Shown piece after piece: positions 1 through 10,900 of a stretch of DNA of 64,000 nt. The stretch is from assembly GCA_964610885.1 (NCBI GenBank), contig CAZSWR010000001.1, forward strand, positions 63,260 to 127,259, in the 5' to 3' direction. Position 1 is the first letter of the stretch, and each line of letters begins with the position of its first letter. This stretch comes from an uncultured Hyphomicrobiales bacterium. Its GTDB lineage: Bacteria > Bacteroidota > Ignavibacteria > Kapaibacteriales > UBA2268. The notes under the pieces were generated by a model. That model searched no databases and had not been told where the DNA came from. It was given only the letters and a program-made list of their open reading frames with translations. Position numbers and translations under genes: made by a program.

Positions 1-1510
1 TGCCATTCAGTCCGATAATGATTTTCTTGAAATCGCCCTGATATTTGTCTGCGTCGGCGCGGTTCCTGAGTTGGCCAGTATCGGCCGAATCCGAAAGCCA
101 GAGCGCATCGGTTACGAGCAAATTAAATGTGTTAATCAATTGGTTGATGCTTTGTTTGAATTTCTTATAATCGCCCTTGTAGTCGTCGTTGATCGGCTCG
201 GGGATGTCTCCCAAGGAAATTCTTTCCATGCATTCGGTGGCCACGTTCAAAGGATTAATAATCCCTTCCAAAGCAGCATTGACTTCGGCAAGTATCTCTT
301 TGTACACGCCCTGAACCAGTTCTGGATTAGCTCTGTAGGTGAGTTGTCCCTCGAGCGAATTGTGCGTGAGCATTCTCGCTTCAGTCGAAAGTACGGTAAC
401 TGCATCAATAATGTCGTTAAATGAATTCGTTAGCTTGCCCAACTCATCTCTTGATTTCACGTTGAGTTTATTGTCCACGATACCGCCGGCGAGTTGTTCG
501 GCAGCTTTGTCGATAATTTTTAAAGGTTTGAGGATGAGGAAGTGCATAAGAACTTGAATCACTAATGCAATTAGGATAATACAGATTAATGAACCAATCG
601 AGGTCCAAATAATCGTTTGCCACATCCTTGAGTTGAGGTCCTTTTTCATGTATGCGAAGTGGGCAGTGAATCCGAGTTTGTTTGTGTTGTTCTTTTCGAC
701 GATCCATTCAGCATTTTTGCCGGAAATAATGTTTTCGATATCCGTCGGTTGTACGTTGTCCGAATTGAACAGGATTTTGCCTTTTCCATCTGCCAGAGCG
801 ATAAACCCATTCTCGAGGATTCGAGAATTCTTGACTGTCTGCGCCAGGATGTCGATCGTGTTCAGTTGATAGCCAACGAAATAGACGCCAAGGACTGAGC
901 CTTTGGCATCTTTAATTGGTTCGTAGGCCGTAAAATATGGTTTACCGAGGATGTCCGTAACTCCATAGAATGAATTTCCCTGCACAACAGCAGCGTAAGC
1001 CTTCCCGTTCGGATCGAGGGAAGTGCCGATAGCCCTTGCGCCCGATTCGTTCTTCACGTTCGTCGAAATACGATAAAAATCGCTTCCATTGCGCGAGAAA
1101 ATTGTTGCGACGCCTCCGGCGATATTCTTAACGTTGTCCACAATTTGGAAATTGTTCGCAACTGCGGATTTCCCGAAGTAGAGATTCTTGGTCGTATTGC
1201 TGTTAATCGTAACATTCTCTGCGAGCATAGGCGCACCGAATTGCTTGCATTCATCTTTTAAAACATTGATAGACGTTTTCACCAAATCGGTGTAAGCAGC
1301 GTCCACTGTGTTCAGGACAGAAGTGATTTGTGCTTCGTTATCGTCCACTTTTTGTTTCACCTTGTCATTGACGTCTTCTTGAAAAATTGTATTGAGGACG
1401 ATTCCAATCACAACGAAGAATAACAAAAGAAACGAAAGGTTCGGAATAGTGAACTTCACGGAAATCTTCATGTTAAACTTCTTCTTCGCATCAACTAATT
1501 CTGTTTTCAT
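1..1510 (-). CDS. Cache/HAMP-domain sensor protein resembling a methyl-accepting chemotaxis protein; N-terminal part only, C-terminus lies beyond the window start
   Basis: Reverse-strand reading frame starts at ATG 1510 (MKTELVDAKKKFNMKISVKFTIPNLSFLLLFFVVIGIVLN...) and runs off the window without a stop. It has an N-terminal transmembrane segment, a periplasmic Cache-like region, a second TM, a HAMP segment (ILKPLKIIDKAAEQLAGGIVDNKLNVKSRDELGKLTNSFNDII) and two ~45-aa Y-x-GD-[FY]-KK repeats. Not in the ORF track because it is truncated. Confidence 0.6.
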   Translation of the reverse strand, partial: MKTELVDAKKKFNMKISVKFTIPNLSFLLLFFVVIGIVLNTIFQEDVNDKVKQKVDDNEAQITSVLNTVDAAYTDLVKTSINVLKDECKQFGAPMLAENVTINSNTTKNLYFGKSAVANNFQIVDNVKNIAGGVATIFSRNGSDFYRISTNVKNESGARAIGTSLDPNGKAYAAVVQGNSFYGVTDILGKPYFTAYEPIKDAKGSVLGVYFVGYQLNTIDILAQTVKNSRILENGFIALADGKGKILFNSDNVQPTDIENIISGKNAEWIVEKNNTNKLGFTAHFAYMKKDLNSRMWQTIIWTSIGSLICIILIALVIQVLMHFLILKPLKIIDKAAEQLAGGIVDNKLNVKSRDELGKLTNSFNDIIDAVTVLSTEARMLTHNSLEGQLTYRANPELVQGVYKEILAEVNAALEGIINPLNVATECMERISLGDIPEPINDDYKGDYKKFKQSINQLINTFNLLVTDALWLSDSADTGQLRNRADADKYQGDFKKIIIGLNG

Positions 1511-1755
1511 AACCAATCCCTGTTAGTATGTATTATTTTATATTTCCAAAAAACCAAAAAGTATTCAATAACAGTGCCACAAAACATACAAATATTTCTA
1601 TAAGTATGTTAATATGTTTATACTAATCGGTAACAATTGAAAAATATTTAATAATTTAAGATGAATTGAAATATGAAGGGAAATGAATTCAGGTGATACT
1701 TATCTTGGTAATCATGCAGAGTGAGTGTATCTCTTTACGAAATATATCAATTATG

Positions 1756-2343
1756 TCATCGGCTAATACGGCAAAGATTATATATTTCGTCCGAAGAAAA
1801 TTCTTTGACCGCTTGCCCGCCCAAGTGAGAAATGTTCAAATCGCAGATGCTGAGCCTGGCAACTCGCAACGCAGGCAGCCCGACCGAGGCCACCATTCGG
1901 CGCAATTGGCGGTTCTTTCCTTCGCCGATGGCGATTTTCAGCCACGAAGTCGGTATGCTTTTTCTGAAACGAATTGGCGGGAAGCGTTCAGGCAAAACTG
2001 GTTCGCTGATAATTTCGACGGATGCCTTTTGTGTCATGTATTTCTGGCCTTTGATCGAGATTTCGACGCCACCTGCCAATTTGCGCGCTGCTTCGGCTGT
2101 GGCTTCGCCTTCCACTTGGACGTAGTACTGTTTCTGGTGATCGAATTTGGGATGCGCCAGCAAGTGGTTCAAACGGTTGTCGTTTGTTATTATAAGCAGC
2201 CCTTCGGAGTCGTAATCCAAGCGGCCAATCGAATAAACATCTCTCGGGAAATCGTAAAGATCCCTAAGGCAGAGCTTTCCGCCTTCGTTTGTGAATTGCG
2301 AAAGCATTTGGTATGGCTTATATATTGCGAAGTAACGAAGCAT
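1756..2343 (-). CDS. rluE: 23S rRNA pseudouridine synthase, RluE-like
   Basis: 195 aa: YAIYKPYQMLSQFT...GRLDYDSEGLLIITND matches the RsuA/RluE family catalytic core, with no S4 domain. Confidence 0.8.
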   Translation of the reverse strand: MLRYFAIYKPYQMLSQFTNEGGKLCLRDLYDFPRDVYSIGRLDYDSEGLLIITNDNRLNHLLAHPKFDHQKQYYVQVEGEATAEAARKLAGGVEISIKGQKYMTQKASVEIISEPVLPERFPPIRFRKSIPTSWLKIAIGEGKNRQLRRMVASVGLPALRVARLSICDLNISHLGGQAVKEFSSDEIYNLCRISR

Positions 2344-2360
2344 AAGATATTGATGCGTAA

Positions 2361-4259
2361 TTAATTAGGCGCGTTGCCGCCTTCGGTGTTTTTTTCTTTG
2401 TTGAAGTATTCCATGATTGCCTTTGCTGTGCTTGCGCCGACGGATTGGGCAAGGCTTTCTTCGGAGGCTCGCTTGATCATTTCCACTGACCCAAAAGACT
2501 TGAGCAAAGTCTCTGATTTTTTCTTGCCCACGCCCGGGATCTCTGTCAATTCTGTTTGAAGCGTACGCTTGTCCCGAAGGCTGCGGTGGAAAGTGATTGC
2601 AAAGCGGTGCGCTTCGTCCCGCAGGTGTTGGATGAGCCGTAGGGAAGAGGAAGTGCGCGGAAGAAGGAGCGATTCGCTTTCGCCCACGAAGAAAACTTCG
2701 TCCAAGCGTTTGGCTAGCCCGATTGTAACAATTTTATCGGCCACGCCGAGTTTTTCCATGATTTCATGCGCAGACGAGAGCTGGCCCTTGCCGCCATCGA
2801 TAATAATCAAATCGGGCAATTGTTGGTTCTCGGCAACGGCACGCTTGAATCGGCGCTCGATCACTTCGCGCATCGAGGCGAAATCGTCGTTCCCGCCAAC
2901 TGTTCGGATTTTGAACTTCCGATACTCGCTTTTCTTTGGCTTGCCGTCGATGAAGACGACCATCGAAGAGACCAAGTCTGTACCTTGGATGTGTGAGTTG
3001 TCGTAGCATTCAATTCGGCGTGGCAGTTTCTTCAGCCGCAGGTCGCGTTGGAGCGACGAAACAGCTTTCGAAACGGTTTGCTCTTTTTTAACAAGTGTGA
3101 TGTGGTACTCTCGCAGTTGAAACTCTGCATTAGTTCCGGCCAAATTGACCAATTTCTTTTTGTCGCCAACCTTCGGAATCACGATTTCGAGCGAACGGCC
3201 ACGTTTGGCACGCAGCCATTCGGTAATGAATTCAGGTTCGGCCGGTTCGGTCGGCAAGCAGATTTCTTTCGGTACGAAATCGGACTCCATGTACCATTTT
3301 TCCATTGCGGTTTGGATGATTTGCCCGTCGCTTTCATCGAAAGTGTTAGAGATGACGAAGTGCCTTTTACCGATAAGTTTCCCGTCGCGAATCTTGAAAA
3401 TCATCACGCAAGCATCCGAATCGATTCGGCATAATCCCAAGACGTCCCTATCGATCAGGTCAGTTGTAACAATTTTTTGCGAGTTAGTGAAATCGCGGAG
3501 CATTGCAAGACGGTTGCGCGCAAGCGCTGCCTGCTCGAATTGCATCTCTTCGGAATATCTGTACATATCGGCTTCGAGTTGCTTCTCGAAATCTTGCGTC
3601 TTGCCCGATAGGAATTGCAGGGCGTAGTCTATGTTCTTTTTGTATTCTTGTTGCGAAACATAGTTTTGGCAAGGCCCTTGGCATTTTTTTATATGGTAAT
3701 CCAGGCATACACGAAACTTGCCGGCATCGATCGCCTGGCGCGTGAGTTTCAGCTCGCAACTTCGTATGAAAAGCATCGAACGTATTGCTTTCATCAGGCT
3801 TTTCAGTATCCTGACTTCGGTGTATGGCCCGAAGTATTTCGATCCGTCGCGGACAATCTTCCGAGTAATGAAAACTCTGGGGAATTCTTCGTTGGTAACG
3901 CGGACGTAAGGATAGCTTTTGTCGTCCCGAAGCATTATATTGTATCGGGGTTTATGCTTTTTAATTAAAGTAGATTCGAGTATCAACGCTTCCGCTTCGG
4001 AATCCACGATGAAGAATTCCATATCGGCAATTTTCGAGACTAATGCAGTGGTTTTTGCATCTTTTCGGCTGCCGTTGAAGTATGACTTGACGCGGCTGCG
4101 CAGGTTCTTTGCCTTACCGATATATATAATCGTCCCGGCCTGGTTTTTGTATTGATAGACACCGGGATTGGTCGGTATATTCTTCAGTTTCTCCTGCACC
4201 AGTGCAGGAAAACGGCTTGGAGTGCCTTCAGCGTCAATATTATCTATTTCTGGATTCAA
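2361..4259 (-). CDS. uvrC: Excinuclease ABC subunit C
   Basis: 632 aa. N-terminal GIY-YIG motif (GVYQYKN...IYIGKAKNLRSRVKSYF), UvrBC interaction region and C-terminal RNase H-like/HhH domains (EIPGVGKKKSETLLKSFGS). Confidence 0.95.
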   Translation of the reverse strand: MNPEIDNIDAEGTPSRFPALVQEKLKNIPTNPGVYQYKNQAGTIIYIGKAKNLRSRVKSYFNGSRKDAKTTALVSKIADMEFFIVDSEAEALILESTLIKKHKPRYNIMLRDDKSYPYVRVTNEEFPRVFITRKIVRDGSKYFGPYTEVRILKSLMKAIRSMLFIRSCELKLTRQAIDAGKFRVCLDYHIKKCQGPCQNYVSQQEYKKNIDYALQFLSGKTQDFEKQLEADMYRYSEEMQFEQAALARNRLAMLRDFTNSQKIVTTDLIDRDVLGLCRIDSDACVMIFKIRDGKLIGKRHFVISNTFDESDGQIIQTAMEKWYMESDFVPKEICLPTEPAEPEFITEWLRAKRGRSLEIVIPKVGDKKKLVNLAGTNAEFQLREYHITLVKKEQTVSKAVSSLQRDLRLKKLPRRIECYDNSHIQGTDLVSSMVVFIDGKPKKSEYRKFKIRTVGGNDDFASMREVIERRFKRAVAENQQLPDLIIIDGGKGQLSSAHEIMEKLGVADKIVTIGLAKRLDEVFFVGESESLLLPRTSSSLRLIQHLRDEAHRFAITFHRSLRDKRTLQTELTEIPGVGKKKSETLLKSFGSVEMIKRASEESLAQSVGASTAKAIMEYFNKEKNTEGGNAPN

Positions 4260-4270
4260 ATCTTATGATA

Positions 4271-4318
4271 ATTTAAAAACAAAGTTGCTGCCACTAATTG
4301 TTAAGTAAGTGGCAGCAA
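4271..4318 (-). terminator. Rho-independent terminator after the LOG-family gene
   Basis: 11-bp stem TTGCTGCCACT/AGTGGCAGCAA (4285-4318) followed on the minus strand by CTTTGTTTTTAAATT. Confidence 0.6.
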
Positions 4319-4337
4319 ATAATTATAATTAAGCGGC

Positions 4338-5201
4338 TTAATAGAGCTTGAGTGTGCCGGATTTCGTAATTTCGTCTTTCAGGAAATTGAATGCTTCTTC
4401 AGGTGTATTTGCAAACTTCAGCAACTGCATATCGTCGGCACTAATCATACCCTCATCGATAAGGAAATCGAAATTGAGAAGAGTTTTCCAGAATTTTTCG
4501 TTATAGAGGACGATTGGACGAGTGTGCTTAAGTTTCTTCGTTTGCAGCAGAGTGAGGATTTCCATCAATTCATCCAATGTGCCAAATCCGCCGGGGAAGA
4601 CCACAAATGCAGTGGAAAGATAGACGAACCAGAACTTACGCATAAAGAAGTAATGAAATTCGAAATTGAGGTGTGGCGAGATGAACTGGTTCGGGTGCTG
4701 CTCGAACGGGAGGCTGATGTTCAGGCCGATTGTGGAGGCTCCGGCCATGCTGGCACCGCGGTTTGCTGCTTCCATCGCGCCAGGGCCGCCGCCGGTACAG
4801 ATGTTTAGGCGTTGGGAGGGCGGAAGAGTATTCGACCATTCGGAAATCATCTTCGAGAGCGAAACAGCATCTTCGTAGTATTCAGTTGTGTGTTGAATCT
4901 TTTCCAGGTGTGCAATTTTCTTCTTTATTGCGTCTTTGTCGGAGTATCTCGGGTTGTCCAACTGCGCGCGTAGATTGTTCATTTTTGTCTGGAAATCCAT
5001 TTTCGAAGGCGTACGCGCCGAACCGAAGAACACGACCATTTGTTTGATGTTGTGCTTGCGGAAATGTTGGTCGGGCTGCATATATTCGGCCAACAAACGG
5101 ATAACGCGGCCGTCCCGAGAGTGAATAAATTCTTGATTATCGTATGCTTTGGGCGATCTTCCGATTAGTATGTCGTCTGGAGCACTTTTTGATTTGCTCA
5201 T
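4338..5201 (-). CDS. LOG-family protein (TIGR00730 Rossmann-fold nucleotide-binding protein, cytokinin riboside 5'-monophosphate phosphoribohydrolase-like)
   Basis: VVFFGSAR..., GGGPGAMEAANRGA and PGGFGTLDELMEILTLLQ motifs. Confidence 0.8.
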   Translation of the reverse strand: MSKSKSAPDDILIGRSPKAYDNQEFIHSRDGRVIRLLAEYMQPDQHFRKHNIKQMVVFFGSARTPSKMDFQTKMNNLRAQLDNPRYSDKDAIKKKIAHLEKIQHTTEYYEDAVSLSKMISEWSNTLPPSQRLNICTGGGPGAMEAANRGASMAGASTIGLNISLPFEQHPNQFISPHLNFEFHYFFMRKFWFVYLSTAFVVFPGGFGTLDELMEILTLLQTKKLKHTRPIVLYNEKFWKTLLNFDFLIDEGMISADDMQLLKFANTPEEAFNFLKDEITKSGTLKLY

Positions 5202-5337
5202 TATTAATCCTTTAATATTTTGTCAATATACTGTTATTCCACAACAAATATAAACTTAATTAACGTTTATCCAAAGGAAAATTTTGAAGTTAATAATCAA
5301 TTTAATAACTATTCGTTGACTGTTGGTAATTTGGTTT

Positions 5338-5564
5338 AGGAGCCTGATGAAAAAGTATTGATTAGCCATCCCACGGGTTAACCCGTAGGTTCGAGCATCA
5401 CACTATCTATAGTATTGTCAGTGTGTTACGCTAATCTTTTCTTTAGCCCCCTTAGAAAAAGGGGGTTGGGGGATTTGTCGATATTTCAATGAGTTACTGC
5501 AACTTTGGCAATGGGGCAAGCCCCATTGTTGCAAATCTTTTACCATTTCAACCGGCTCTTAGAG
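5338..5564. repeat. Intergenic repeat element, copy 1 of the 'CCCACGGGTTAACCC' family; candidate MITE or structured ncRNA
   Basis: About 225 bp, homologous along its whole length to 39201-39414: shared GAAAAAGTATTGATTAGCCATCCCACG-GTTAACCC, CTTTCTTTAGCCCCCTT-GAAAAAGGGGGTTGGGGGATTTGTCGATATTTCAATGA-TTACT, and a 3' hairpin. It lies in the divergent promoter region between the LOG gene and the phosphoesterase gene. Confidence 0.55.
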
Positions 5565-5779
5565 AAGCGACTGGGCTTGTAATGATGATAAAATAGACAC
5601 TCTAAAACATGATTAATTGGCTAATAACAGAGGAGATTCCCGCGTGCGCAAGAATGACAAAGCATTTCTCACAATAAACTAAAGCTCGAAATAAATCTGC
5701 CAGTACCAAAATATATTTAGTAACAAATTTTATAAAAAATACGTTATATGTATTGTGTTTGGCAACAAATTGAGAAGCC

Positions 5780-7072
5780 ATGGAAACTCATAATTATATA
5801 CATTCGCTCATCCTTTTCCAGGGCATCTTGATGTGCATCGATGCCTACTTCCTCGTCAATTGGACAAGGCTGGCCAAGGAGCGCCGTTGGCACCCGCTTT
5901 CGTATCGGGCTTTTTGGTTCGTTTCAGGGATTCTGTTCATTTTTCTATTCTCCCAATTAATGCAAAGACTTGCGGGGGCAGAGACTTCAGAAGTTGACTA
6001 CTACCTTTTCGTTGCAGCGAATATTTGGATTATTCCGAAACTGATAATTGTTCCGCTGCTATTGTTCAAGAATTCCATAATCGGTATTGCCCGGAGGGTT
6101 ACAAAACTATTTCCAAAGAATGGAGTCCGCAAAGAGGAAGAGACGGAATTAATACCAGAATCAGCGAACCCATCGAGGAGGAAGTTTTTGCAGAACGCGG
6201 GATGGGTGGCCGCTGGGATTCCTTTCGTTGCCACTGCATACGGGGCGATAAACACGATTTATGACTATAAAATTTACCGTATAGAGGTTCCTATATGGAA
6301 TTTGCCTCAATCGATGGATGGGCTTCGAATTGTGCAACTCTCGGATGTCCATTCCGGTTCGTTTCCGTCGAAATCGACTTTCTTTGATATTGTTAACATG
6401 GTTAATTCACTCAATCCCGATTTCATAGTAACCACAGGAGATTTCGTCAATAATAATTATCGCGAACTCGATCTGACAAAAGATGGTTTCGCGGCAATGA
6501 AGGCCAAATATGCAGTACTCGGCTCTCTTGGCAATCACGACCATTACACCGGAGAGAAGGGCCTCGAGCAGTTGAAGCAGATTCTTACCCATTCAAATGT
6601 GGGCCTGCTTGTCAACGAAAGCAGAAGTTTCGAGATAAATGGCGAAACGATTCAATTCGCTGGAGTTGACTGCAATATATCAGGCCGCACGTTTATGGAC
6701 CTCGAAGGTGCAATGGCCAACCTTCGGCCAGAGAAGCCAACGATACTTTTGTGCCACGACCCGCGCGAATGGGACAAACAAATCCGTGGCCGTGGAATTC
6801 CACTTGTGCTCTCCGGCCATACGCATGGCGGGCAAATCGGAATCGAAGCCGGAAAGAACGTTATTTCGCCGGTCAGATTGATTTATAAACAATTTGCCGG
6901 CCTTTACCAAAGCGGTAAGGAGTATTTATACGTGAATCGAGGCGTGGGCACAGTCGGCCCGCCTTTCAGGATTGGAATTAACCCGGAGATTGCTCTGATC
7001 ACATTGAAGCGTCCCGATGCGAGCCAAGAATTGAAAGACTCCAGTAATTCGTTGCAAATAAAGGAGAAATAA
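5780..7072 (+). CDS. Membrane-anchored metallophosphoesterase (calcineurin-like phosphoesterase, YkuE-like)
   Basis: N-terminal TM helices, then GDFVNNN, GNHDHY and SGHTHGGQI metallophosphatase motifs. Confidence 0.8.
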   Translation: METHNYIHSLILFQGILMCIDAYFLVNWTRLAKERRWHPLSYRAFWFVSGILFIFLFSQLMQRLAGAETSEVDYYLFVAANIWIIPKLIIVPLLLFKNSIIGIARRVTKLFPKNGVRKEEETELIPESANPSRRKFLQNAGWVAAGIPFVATAYGAINTIYDYKIYRIEVPIWNLPQSMDGLRIVQLSDVHSGSFPSKSTFFDIVNMVNSLNPDFIVTTGDFVNNNYRELDLTKDGFAAMKAKYAVLGSLGNHDHYTGEKGLEQLKQILTHSNVGLLVNESRSFEINGETIQFAGVDCNISGRTFMDLEGAMANLRPEKPTILLCHDPREWDKQIRGRGIPLVLSGHTHGGQIGIEAGKNVISPVRLIYKQFAGLYQSGKEYLYVNRGVGTVGPPFRIGINPEIALITLKRPDASQELKDSSNSLQIKEK

Positions 7073-7162
7073 TAAGTTATTGAACGTTGTTCACAATCAA
7101 GAGTAATTCTCAAAAAAAATGTTTGGTCAATTTAGATTTTTTTCTTAAATTTGTAATCTGTT

Positions 7163-7234
7163 TGGTGCCGTAGCCAAGTGGTTAGGCAGCGGTCTGCAAA
7201 ACCGCCAACGTAGGTTCGATTCCTATCGGCACCT
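7163..7234 (+). tRNA. tRNA-Cys (anticodon GCA)
   Basis: Folded by hand: acceptor stem GGTGCCG/CGGCACC, anticodon stem GCGGT/ACCGC with loop CTGCAAA, T-arm GTAGG-TTCGATT-CCTAT, discriminator T. Confidence 0.85.
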
Positions 7235-7275
7235 CAAACATGTAAAAAAGTTTTTGTTTATAGAAATTTAGAATT

Positions 7276-7842
7276 ATGGCAGGCACAACATCCGATTTAA
7301 GACCCGGCTCAGTAATAATGTGGAATGGCGAACTTCATGCAGTCCTCGAATCCGAACACCGCACACCGGGCAACTTACGCGCGTTCTATCAGGTGAAAAT
7401 GCGTAACATGCGCACCGGCAAACTCAGCGAAAACCGCTTCCGTTCCGGCGAATCGATTGAATTCATCAGAGTCGAACGCAAACCCTACCAATACCTTTAC
7501 CGCGATGGTAATTCTTTGTTCTTTATGGACGTCGAGAATTACGAACAGATTCCTGTCGATGCTCAGCTACTTGGCGATTCGATCAACTTTATGAAAGAAA
7601 ACCAAGACGTGCAGCTTGCATTCGTTGGGTCCGACGTTATTGCTATCGACCTGCCTCCCCACGTGCAGCTTCGCGTAACCTTTACCGAACCTGGCGTCAA
7701 AGGCGATACAGCAACAAACGTGCTCAAGCCCGCAACTGTCGAGACCGGCGCAACAATCAACGTGCCTATCTTTGTCAACGAAGGCGACCTGCTTCGCGTG
7801 GACACTCGCACAGGCGATTACATCGAAAGAGTAAAAGAATAA
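7276..7842 (+). CDS. efp: Elongation factor P
   Basis: 188 aa, the canonical EF-P sequence (...YQVKMRNMRTGK..., KPATVETGATINVPIFV). Confidence 0.95.
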   Translation: MAGTTSDLRPGSVIMWNGELHAVLESEHRTPGNLRAFYQVKMRNMRTGKLSENRFRSGESIEFIRVERKPYQYLYRDGNSLFFMDVENYEQIPVDAQLLGDSINFMKENQDVQLAFVGSDVIAIDLPPHVQLRVTFTEPGVKGDTATNVLKPATVETGATINVPIFVNEGDLLRVDTRTGDYIERVKE

Positions 7843-7867
7843 TATTCTGAATATATAGAAAAAATTA

Positions 7868-7901
7868 GAAACTCTTTTCTTTGCGGGAAAGAGTTTTTTT
7901 T
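7868..7901 (+). terminator. Rho-independent terminator after efp
   Basis: AAACTCTTTTC..GAAAGAGTTT hairpin followed by T8. Confidence 0.6.
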
Positions 7902-7984
7902 ACACATATGTAATATATTATTATAATATGTTTATTTAATTTCGTATATTATATTTAGGGTCATGTTAAACAATTGAAAACTGT

Positions 7985-10900
7985 ATGAAGTATTTGTTTT
8001 CAATATTGGTTGCAATATTCATATCCGCTACTGCACTAAATGCGGAAGGAAGATTTTGCTCCAAAGAAAACGGCTACTTCGTGGAAAACTTGGGACAGTG
8101 GGCCGAACCGGTTCGCTTCAGGGCGCAGGCTCCCGGCATGGTGGCTTGGATCACGGATACAGCACTCGTTTTCAATTTCTTTACTTTCGACAATTCTCGC
8201 CTTCAGAACTACTTTCAGATCGATTCTGCAATCAAGCAACTGCCAATTGTGAACGGCCAAGCCGTGTCAATGAGCTGGCAGCGCACAGGATGCGATCCAC
8301 TTAGCAATCAACAAGACAAAAAATACTACGAACGAATCGGCGAATATGATTCTTATTTCAATTATTTCAATGAAAAGGCAACATACTCGCACGCGAAAGC
8401 CTACCAAGAAATAATACTGCACAATGCTTACGAGGGGATTAGCATCAGGTTCTATTTCGATGGCAAATCTCTTAGATACGATTTCCTTTTGGAAAAGAAT
8501 GCCGACCCGAAGCAAATAGCTCTGAATTTCTCTGGCCACGAATCATTAGAAGTCTTGCCGGACGGAAGCCTCGCCATCGGTACAAGTATCGGCCAGGTGC
8601 ATTTCCAGCAATTGTCTGCTTACCAGATTGATACTCTAAGCAACAATAGCCTTGCGTCGAAAATTGGTATCCAACAGCAAAACTCAAATATACTAAGTTA
8701 TTGCAGATTCAGAATGTCTGGCAGTTCAAGTGTATCCTTTGCTGTTCCTGATTACTCAACCAATCGCCCGTTAGTCATCGATCCGGTCGTTTGGGCAAGC
8801 TATTTGGGAGGCACAGCCACAGAAACCGGGAGCTATTTCGAACCTGTAAGCGTTGCGACGGACTCTATTGGCTGTCTCTATGTGTCTGGAACTACGTTTT
8901 CATTAGACTTCCCAAGGACTACGGGAGCATACTCCATAATCGGCGATACAATGGTAGGTATGTATATTACCAAAATAAACACAGATGGAAACTCAATTAT
9001 TTATTCCTCATTAATTGCTTCAGGCGCTCCGAGGCCCTTTTCGATTGCATTGGATAATCGAAGATTTGTCTATGCCACCGGTTTCGCAACTTTGGCGAAC
9101 ATGCCAGTTTCCGGCAATGCTTTGCAAAGCAGCGTTAGCAATATAAACGCAGAGAGATCTTCTGCATTCCTTTTTGTGCTGAATAGCAATGGTGATAATT
9201 TTGTTTATTCGACGTACCTTAACGGGAATGATGACGATGTCGGGTATTCGGTAACGATTCGGAATCCGATGGTCTGTGTGGGCGGGAAAACCTGCTCAAA
9301 TGACTTCATGACCACTTCAAATTCCTATCAGCCCACAAAAATCTCATCCGATCCCGATGGGTTCATTATCGGTATCAATACTTCCACATGGCAGCTTGAA
9401 TTCTCTACATATTTGGGCGGTAGCTATCCTGATTTTATCTATGATATAACTACAGACAACGATGGCAATATTTACACTTGCGGATACAGTTATGGGAGCT
9501 TTCCAGTTACGTCGAATGCAATATTTAGGAATAAATTGTGTAATGAATTCCCGTCCGTAGTGATCTCGAAATTGAATTCTCACGCATCTTATTTGTATGC
9601 TTCATCCTATTTCGCTCCCGAAAGCCATTGCGCAGCGAATTCGATTAGGGTGGACACAGCCGGCCATGTATGGATTTGTGGCAAAGCCGACATGAGAAAT
9701 TACACTCCTTTCCCAACGACTGCCGATTGCTATTATCCATTCTTTTTGGGCGATATGGATTGCTTTGCTGCGAAGTTCAATTCCTCACTTACTTCGTTGG
9801 AATATTCGACTTTGTTCGGTGGGACTGGATTCGAATCGGCTCGAAGGATTGCAATTGACAAACAAAACAATGTCTATTTCGTTGGGGCCACTCAATCTTT
9901 CGATTTCCCGACTCTTCCAATAAACCAAAACGCATTGCTCCCGATGCAGAATGGATTTGTTGCCGTGTGCAATTCAGATACCAAACGCTTCTGTTATATT
10001 GATTGTTACGGCGGGTCAAATTATGATCTGATTTCTGATGTTACAGCGTTGAATGAGAATTATTTCTATATTGCCGGCGAAACATATTCATCGGATATGA
10101 ATATGAAACCAGGGGCATTGGATGCGACAATGAACGGATTGAATGATGCCTTCATGGCAAAGATGAGCATTTTTGGAAATGCCGACATTGTCAGCAATTT
10201 GGTATCATATTGGAATTTTGACAGCTATCCCTTCGTTTGCCAGGGATTGATACCCTTGGTATTTAATGGCAACTCATCCGTGCGCCAGCCTGCCGGCAGG
10301 GTTAATTGCGCAATCGAGAATTCTGGAAATGTTATTACCGGCGAAGGCCTTTCAAATCTTTATTCGCCAAGCGGCTTCACTTGGTCTATTTGGTTCAACT
10401 CGAACTCAATCCCACAATTGACCACAACCGGTAGGGCACAAACTCTCATATCAATGAATGACCCATCAATTGGTGAAGAAATCGCTTTAGGTTTTGGATT
10501 TGCATATGGAAATGCTCCGCAAAACGCACTTGCTTTCATCTGCGATGGGACAGGAGGCGCAAGCGGAATCACCCAGCAGGCAGCAGTTTGGAATCCTGAA
10601 GGAGGATTGAAAAAAAATACTTGGTATCATGCCGTTGCTGTTGCCGATTACTACGAAAAGACAATTAAACTCTTCGTTAATGGCCAAGAAGTTAGCCGTG
10701 TGCACGGATCCTTCACGCCCATCGATAGACAACTCAATGCCTTCGTCGGTTCGGCTTGCGAATATACAAATGGATATGCAACGCCTCAGTCTGCATTTTT
10801 CGATGGCAGGATCGACCAAGTCCGCTTCTATAGCAGGCCGTTCAACAAAAATGATGTCGATTCATTATACAAATTTGAATCTAAGAATACTTTTTCAAAT

